Assembly: GCA_002104905.1 (NCBI GenBank)
Contig: MCFE01000650.1
Span: 1-49,838 of the forward strand
Reading direction: 5' to 3'
DNA: 49,838 bases
DNA from: Basidiobolus meristosporus CBS 931.73
Taxonomy: Eukaryota; Fungi; Basidiobolomycota
The notes below the pieces were generated by a model. The model ran no database searches and had not been told where the DNA came from. It saw only the letters and a program-made list of their open reading frames with translations. Every line of letters starts with the position of its first letter. Within the stretch, counting starts at the first letter, position 1. Shown piece by piece: positions 43,184 through 49,838 of the stretch. The translations under genes were made by a program, and so were the position numbers.

Positions 43184-46100
43184 TGCTGTCAGAGACATGG
43201 AGAAATTGGAAGTGATATGGAGAACAAGTAGATATTGTGGTTTTCACTTGATGACTTATTGATTGTAAAAGTAGTGTTTATACTTTTACATGGTCTTGGC
43301 ATAGCACACATATAGAATAAGTGTACAAAGGTCCCATGAACATGTGTTCAAAGTTTGGGGCTGATTGGACAACTTTGAGAATTTTCATGTGCTGGGTACC
43401 AGATATTTTGGTGAAAATATTTCAAGTAAATCCCAGCAAGAAACTTAGTTAGTATTCTCTAGGATTCAAAGGTGATAATCTCCATATATCAGCCATGTGA
43501 GTACATAGGTGGAACTACAGACCTTGACAACACTTTACTCACTAGATGCTCATACTGACTAGTCCTAATATTGACCTAAGATATTCAAACTTGCCTCTAC
43601 CTATTGATTTGGTAAATATGTATGCAATCATTTCTGCTGTAGGATAGTAAGCTAATTTGACTAAGTTGTTCTCTATGGCTTCATATATTAAAAGATGTCT
43701 AATATCTATGTGTTTAGTTCTAGCATGAAAAGTTGGATTTCTACCTAATTGTATACATTCTGGGTTATCCTGAAACAATGTAATAGCTGTTTTTTGACCT
43801 AAGCCTAAATCCTTAAAAAGCATCCTTAGCCACATTACTTCCTTTGTAGCTTCACAGGCTGCCATATACATTGCCTTTGTGGTAAAAAGTGCTACAGCTG
43901 GTTGCTTAATTGAAATCCATGAAATTGCCCTTTACTGTAAAGAAAGGTGCATCCTCTGGTGGATTGTATGACTTCTAAATTTGTCTCCAGTAAGCATCAA
44001 AGTATTGTAAAGGATCCTGCTTTGAATCCTTATCAGTGTATCTTAAGGAGATATCAGCAGTTCCTTTTAGGTATCTAAAAATCTGCTTAACTGCTGCAAT
44101 ATGATCAGATCAATAGTTCTAATTGTGCCAGCTGACAACTCCTACTGAATATTATGTATATCAGCTTGATCCAATCACAATATACAATAGGCTGTCAACT
44201 ATAGATTGATAAGGTATCCCAGGGCTTTTGGATGGCATCAAGCTCTCTTGAGTTGGTTGCGCTTGACCAAGTTAAGGCTTGTTTCCATTAGGGTAGCTGC
44301 AGGTTTACAGTTTTCTATTTGGTACCTAATTTGTATATCTTGAATATAGTTGGACTGGCTTAGGGTGATAGTCAGAGTACTTCTGTCTATGGAGAACTTT
44401 ATCCCTAACTAGTAACTGAGGTCTTCTAGATCAGGCATCTTGAACACTTTAGATAGGCTGAATTTAGTCTCTTCCAATGTTTCTAGGTTATTGATGGCTA
44501 AATTGGATCATCCACATATGGAGCTAATAGAGCTTGATTTGCTCTATCAGACTTATTGTATATACTATAGTCAGCAATACTACTTTTGAAAACTCAAAGA
44601 TTCCAAATAAGAAACTATTTTACAATTCCAGGCCCTTGGTCTTTGTTTGAGTCCATATAGAGACTTTTTAAGCTTGCAAACCAAATTGAAGTTATCTTCG
44701 TCTGCAAATGCTTCAGGCTAGTCCATGTACATGCCCTCATCAAGTTCTTCATTCACAAATTCAGCTTTTACATTCATTTGATGTACAGATAGCTTAAATT
44801 TGGCTGCAATAGACAATATTGATCTGATGAAATGAACTTGGCTACCATTGCAAAGGTCTCAGTATGGTCATATCCTTTTGTTTGAGTGTATCCTTTGACC
44901 ACAAGTTGTGCTTTACATCTTTCAATTGTACCATCAGCCTTGTATTATGTCTTAAAACCCCATGTCCATCCAATTGATATTTGGTTGATTGGTAAATTGA
45001 CTAAGTTCCAATGTTGATTTTCCATAAGGGCCTTATACTGCTCAGGCATTGCAGATCTCAAGTACTTTATCTGGGGGCTATTTAGGGCCTCCTTTACAGT
45101 CTGAGCCTCATCAATACAGACTGAGTAGGTATAGGCTAAGTTTGTACCCTCATGGATATAGTTATTTGGGCTTTTTTTTCCTGGTTGGGTCTTCAGTTAT
45201 TTGATACCAGAATGATCACTTCTGGGATAGTCCTGAGCACTGACATAGACTAAACCATGGCTGTAGAGTCCTCTGGAGTCAAAAATATTTACTGTTTTGC
45301 TCTGATCTAATACTGACAATGGGTACACTTGAGATCAGATTTTTTGCATTATCCAATGTTGTTTGTTGTGAAAATTTCAAGTTTCATCATACTATTGATC
45401 AAAGCTGTATTCTTATCATTCCCTGCTGGTGGAGTTTAGAGTTTTTTTGACTATGGAAGCTTTAGTATATTATCATCTCAAAGGATGCTGAACCCAGCAC
45501 ATACTTATGTTAAGATGCCAACTAAGTTGGGCATTGTAACCCAATAGCTTTCCCATGACAAGCTTGTGGTTTTATTCCCCATCACATTAAATTAGAGACA
45601 GTACCCAAGTATTCCTAGCAAGCTTTGCTAGATGTTATTGCACTCAGTGAACACTAACACACAAAACACTTGAGAAGTGTTGGATGTATCTCTCCCTTGG
45701 ACTTATATATCACCACAGCACTTGATTTTTTTAACTCTTCATCCAGGAGCATTCCATATAGGTAATCTAAGGCAAATCCTTAGTTCTGGACTCTACAGCT
45801 TACACAAGACCCTGAAGCCCATCTATCAGGCTATTCAGGATGGTTACTATCACATCCTTCTCAGTAGTAGGTATGCCCACAGATTTCATCTCATCCACCA
45901 GCAGGGTAATTCTGTTAATTAGATTCTTATTTCTTCTGCTGGCGGCATCACTGGTAGTATACAATTTTTGTCTACAATATATTTTCTTTGCAGCTGAACA
46001 TGACTAGTAGGCATCTTCCAATGCCTTCCAGGCATTCTTTGCTGTTTTTGCTCTTAAGCTTTGAGTTAGCAATTTGTCCTTGAGATTGAGGCAAATGCAG

Positions 46101-46678
46101 TTAAAGGTACTTTGTTCTTTCTTCCAATACTTTAAAGATTCCTCTCCCACATTTTTAGGAGGGCATTCTTCTCCCATGACAATACCCCAAAGGCCTCTTT
46201 CTTGTAGCAGCATCTTCCCCGTCACCTTCCACACTTGGTAGTTAGACCTTTCCAACTTTCCAACAGAGGGAGAATTCCAGTAGTATAAGTGGTAGACGTT
46301 GCAGAGAGTGCAAGTCTGGGGCTGATAATCTGTTGTACAATACTTAGAGATATTGCATGTGATTTTGATAGCAGGTAGATAATGGCATATTTACTTAATG
46401 TTTTATTGAATGTAATAGTACTACTTATTCTTTTACATGGACTTAGCATGGCAAGCATGTAGAATAGGTTTAGGAAGGTCCCACAAACATGTGTGCAAGG
46501 TTCAGCGCTGTTTGGACAACTTTGAAAATTTCATGTTCTGGAGACCTGATATTCTGGTTAAAATATTCTAAGTAAATATTGACAAGGAATCTTGTCAGTA
46601 TTCTCTGGGACTTAAAGGTCTTGATCTAAGTTACTAAGTTTGGTGAATACTTAGGTCGAATTACAAGTTTTCACAACA
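43184..46678 (-). mobile_element. Degenerate Ty1/copia Cp2 with both LTRs (43184-43532 and 46331-46678); integrase deleted
   Basis: RNase H ORF at 43542-43871, RT remnants at 43900-45100, and gag SNYQVWK...LWGIV at 46004-46255. Flanks GCTAA/GCCAG rejoin the ORF2 sequence. Confidence 0.85.
45391..45717 (+). repeat. 3' fragment of a G3b LTR inside the Cp2 element
   Basis: Colinear with 48348-48676 and ends ...ATCACCACA. Confidence 0.8.
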
Positions 46679-47255
46679 GCCAGGTCTTTCACTCCTACTT
46701 TGCCTAAGTTCTACTTGTATTGAACTACATTTTCTCCTCAATCAATGCTGCACTTGTACATCCATTTCTTCCTGCTTGTCCCATTTTTTACCTGGAATAT
46801 TGACTGCTCTTCACATGCCTCTATGAAAAATCCCAAGCTTGGAATTCATCTGTTTTTCAGCTGGTATTCTGCTGATATTCTGATGGTATTTTGCTGGTAT
46901 GCAGATGGTGTTTTTAGTCCAAAATTTTAAATATAATTTCTGATGGAAGTAATGGGCAGCTAATTACTAAGTTTGATATGAATGCTAGTTAGCCTACTCT
47001 CCTACTGAAGAATTCTTTTGCTTACCAGCCCATCAGCTTGCAACAGAGATATTGAGAGTTGTCAATATTGAGAAACTTGGTATTCAGCTGATATTAAAAT
47101 AGTATTTTGCTGGTCTTTTCTTAATTTTTTCCTTGGGATGCTATTAGCCCATCTTGTCTCTGGATAACTTCCCAATTTCTTTGTACCATTGCATCTATCC
47201 TATTAGCCACTGCATCCAATGGCCTCACTTATGCTTTGGCATCAGCTGACAGTGC

Positions 47256-48676
47256 TGTAGTGGGGTCAAAGTGACACCCACTGACATATGTGCCCATTCC
47301 CATATTTTCTACTTCCCTATTTCTCTACTACCTATATTTTAGTTTGTCCCATTTGTCATATCTGATCAGTACTATCCCATAAGCAGGCTAACTATGATAC
47401 CTGCTTACTTTGGTGTAGGAGTCCTGAAGATATTGGAAGTGATTGGGAGAACCAGCTGATTGTGTGGTCTTCACTTATTGATTTATTGCAAGTACAAACA
47501 GTGTTTATACTTTTACATGATCTTGACATACCAAACACCTAAAATAGATTTAGGGAGATCCCAAGAACATGTGTGCAAAGTTTGGGGCTGTTTGGACAGC
47601 TTTGAGAATTCTTATGTTCATGGTACCTGATATTTGGGTGAAAATATTCTAAGTAAATCCCAACAAGGAATATGGTCAATATTCTGTAGGATATGAAGGT
47701 AATGATTTATATGACCAAGCTAGGTGAATATATGGGTGGAAATACAAAGTATTACAGCATATTTATTACATAAATGATCCATCACTTTATGTAAGGTTAT
47801 TAGAGGCAAGTGCTTCAATATTGGGCAAGTGTCTGCACCAGGACACATAACACATGCTCAAACCATGTCCCCATCTCTACCATCCTTATTTGATATATAG
47901 AATCCCTATGTTACACAGGTCTCAAGTACTGTTCACTGACTGGTTGGATTTGCTGTGCCTAATAAAACCTTCCAGCCTCCACTTAGAACATTCTTAGCGC
48001 ATTCTGATGTCATTAGGACTACTGTTGATCTCTGAAACCTTCTGGAACACCATGATTAATAATCACTTAACCAGTGAGAAAAGTTTAAAAGGGAGGCAAT
48101 TCCTCAGCAATAAGTTATCATCCCTTTTATGAGTATACCAACTTGTTGAATACTGTGATCACTGCTACCTGCTGCTACCTAAGCTTCTAATTCCAGATCA
48201 CAGGACACACCCAGGAAGCTGTGCTGACAGCCAACTGTCCTTGAAGGCACTACATGTGAGAAATACTCAGAGTAGGAATCTTTTATTATATTTGCTTCTT
48301 TCCCATGCTTTTTGTTGTTCAGGCAATGAAACCATTCTGTCATTGTAACTATTGACCACAGCTGCATTCTTATCAAGTCCCTGCTGGTGTAGTTTCCAGT
48401 TGTTTTGACTTTGGAAGCTTTGGTACATTATCATCTCAAAGGACATGGAATCCAGACATGCTTTTGTTAAGTAACCAACTAAGTTGGGGATTGTAGCTCA
48501 ATAGCTTTCCCTTGACAAGCTTTTGGCTTTATTTCCCATCACATTAAAGTAGAGACAGATCCCAAGTATTCCTAGCAAGCTTTTGCCAGATGTTATTGCA
48601 CCAAGTGAATACCCCTCACATAAAACTCTTGAGAAGTGCTAGATGCAACTCTCCCTTGGACTTATACACCACCACA
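47256..48676 (+). repeat. G3b solo LTR (~1.07 kb net), a G3 relative carrying an extra ~270-bp module, with a nested copia solo LTR
   Basis: TGTAGTGGGGTC...ACACCACCACA, flanked by GTGC/GTGT. The U3 and terminal U5 segments resemble the G3 LTR. Confidence 0.75.
47411..47759 (-). repeat. Copia Cp2 solo LTR (349 bp)
   Basis: Homologous to the other Cp2 LTRs, with flanks TACTT/TATTT (5-bp TSD, one mismatch). Confidence 0.85.
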
Positions 48677-49448
48677 GTGTACTTTATAATACAGGTGGTG
48701 GTGAGAAAAAAGTCCATGTAACTATTGTAACAAGCTTCTCAGCTTTGAAGCACACAGGCAGCATAGGCAGTATTGTAAGGATCATGACCAGTGTTTTGCC
48801 ACACAAGTCATATTTGAGCATTCATCAGGCACTACTGTACCAACATGCCTTATTTAGTACTTGATACTTCTATTACAGAATCTTGCTACACGTGTCACCT
48901 TGTGCAAATTGAGTCAGCTATGTTTGTAGTGCCTTTTGGCTCAACTCTGCCCTCTTAATAATGCACACAGAGTGAGAGCTCTGAAAAAGAAGGCTTACTG
49001 CAGGATTGTGAGCCTATCTCCTCCCAAAACAGTACCCTGCATGAGCCAGGCAAAATCTCAACATGTAACACAACAGCACCTGTTAGAAAATGCAAAGAAT
49101 ACTTTTGCAGGCCAAGAGAGCCCAGTAATGCATTTACTTGTGAATGATGTGATGTTGTGGCTAGAGAAGCGGCTTGTTTCAGAATATATCAATAATGGGG
49201 ACCCTGAGGATTTATTTACTTATTATCAATAGCAATCTGGGATGCAACTTTCCATTTGCCTGTTACAAATGGATAATCATGATGCTGCTGGTAACATATG
49301 ACTTAGAGACTATGCTTATACCAGCATTTGTCAACAGTGGCATGGCATTTACTTCAGAGAATGCCAACATTGCAAGGACTCCAACTTATAAGGAATGTAC
49401 CATTACAGGAGGAAAATGTTGTGCACAATCTAGATATATACCAGTTAT

Positions 49449-49796
49449 TGTTGTAAGAGTCTTGGAGATATTGGAAGTGATTGGGGAACAAATAGATTAT
49501 GTTGCTTTCACTTAATGCTTTATAGAATGTAAAAGTAGTATTTATACTTTTATATGGTCATGGCATAACAAGCACATAGAATAGGCTAAGGAAGGTCCCA
49601 AGAACATGTGTGCAAAGTTTGGGGCTGTTTGGACAACTCTGAGAATTTTCATGTTCTGGGTAACAGGTATTTTGGTGAAAATATTCCAAGTAAATCCTGA
49701 CAAGGAATTTGGTCAGTATTTTGTTGGATTTGAAGGTAATGAAATAAGTGACTAAGTTAGATGATTACTTAGGTGGAATTATGATTTTTTACAAAA
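49449..49796 (-). repeat. Copia Cp2 solo LTR (348 bp) interrupting the outer CACTA transposase
   Basis: TGTTGTAAGAGTCTTGG start and full-length homology to the other Cp2 LTRs. No clear TSD. Confidence 0.8.
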
Positions 49797-49838
49797 CTCC
49801 CACTCAGCTAAATGTTCATACAGACTAGTCCTAATTTT

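Larger units (their letters stand above)
28798..49838 (+). mobile_element. Outer (old) CACTA-like transposon, inflated by nested insertions; runs beyond the window end
   Basis: Terminus CACTATGCAAAATA at 28798. Homology to the terminal sequence resumes at 41439. ORF2 pieces at 41600-42178, 42975-43183 and 46679-47255 (minus) and transposase 5' part at 48680-49448 (plus) are colinear with the 31918-35300 copy. Confidence 0.7.

Noticed and set aside
48486-48510. GGGGATTGTAGCTCAATAG resembling a tRNA 5' end or SINE A-box (also 1735-1754)
   Set aside because: No anticodon or T-arm/B-box follows; it is better explained as the 3' strand of the shared module helix.
1-49838. Classical ascomycete RIP, CRISPR arrays, rRNA/tRNA genes, env-like genes
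   Set aside because: The mutation pattern is CpG-centred rather than CpA>TpA. No regularly spaced repeat-spacer array, cloverleaf, rRNA signature or post-integrase ORF was seen.

Overview
This is a eukaryotic, most likely fungal (inferred), transposon nest with no recognisable host gene, rRNA, tRNA gene or CRISPR array. It contains three Ty3/gypsy LTR families. G1 is a near-intact Tf1-like chromovirus at 935-6823. G2 is a non-chromodomain family with 368-bp LTRs, present as three long copies plus solo LTRs. G3/G3b has 0.8-1.07-kb LTRs and includes a very young element at 37032-40648 that encodes only Gag-protease. There are also two degenerate Ty1/copia families and at least six pieces of one CACTA/EnSpm-like DNA transposon with two divergently oriented genes. 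TSDs and empty-site homologues let the nesting be rebuilt to at least four levels. The most notable signals are: the Gag-PR-only LTR element; a ~160-280-bp structured leader module shared by unrelated LTR families; an S-(CG/TG/CA)-S target-site pattern for G3; an 11-nt self-priming PBS and a -1 frameshift pseudoknot in G1; and family-specific stress transcription-factor motif arrays in the LTRs. All alignments and counts were made by eye and need computational confirmation.
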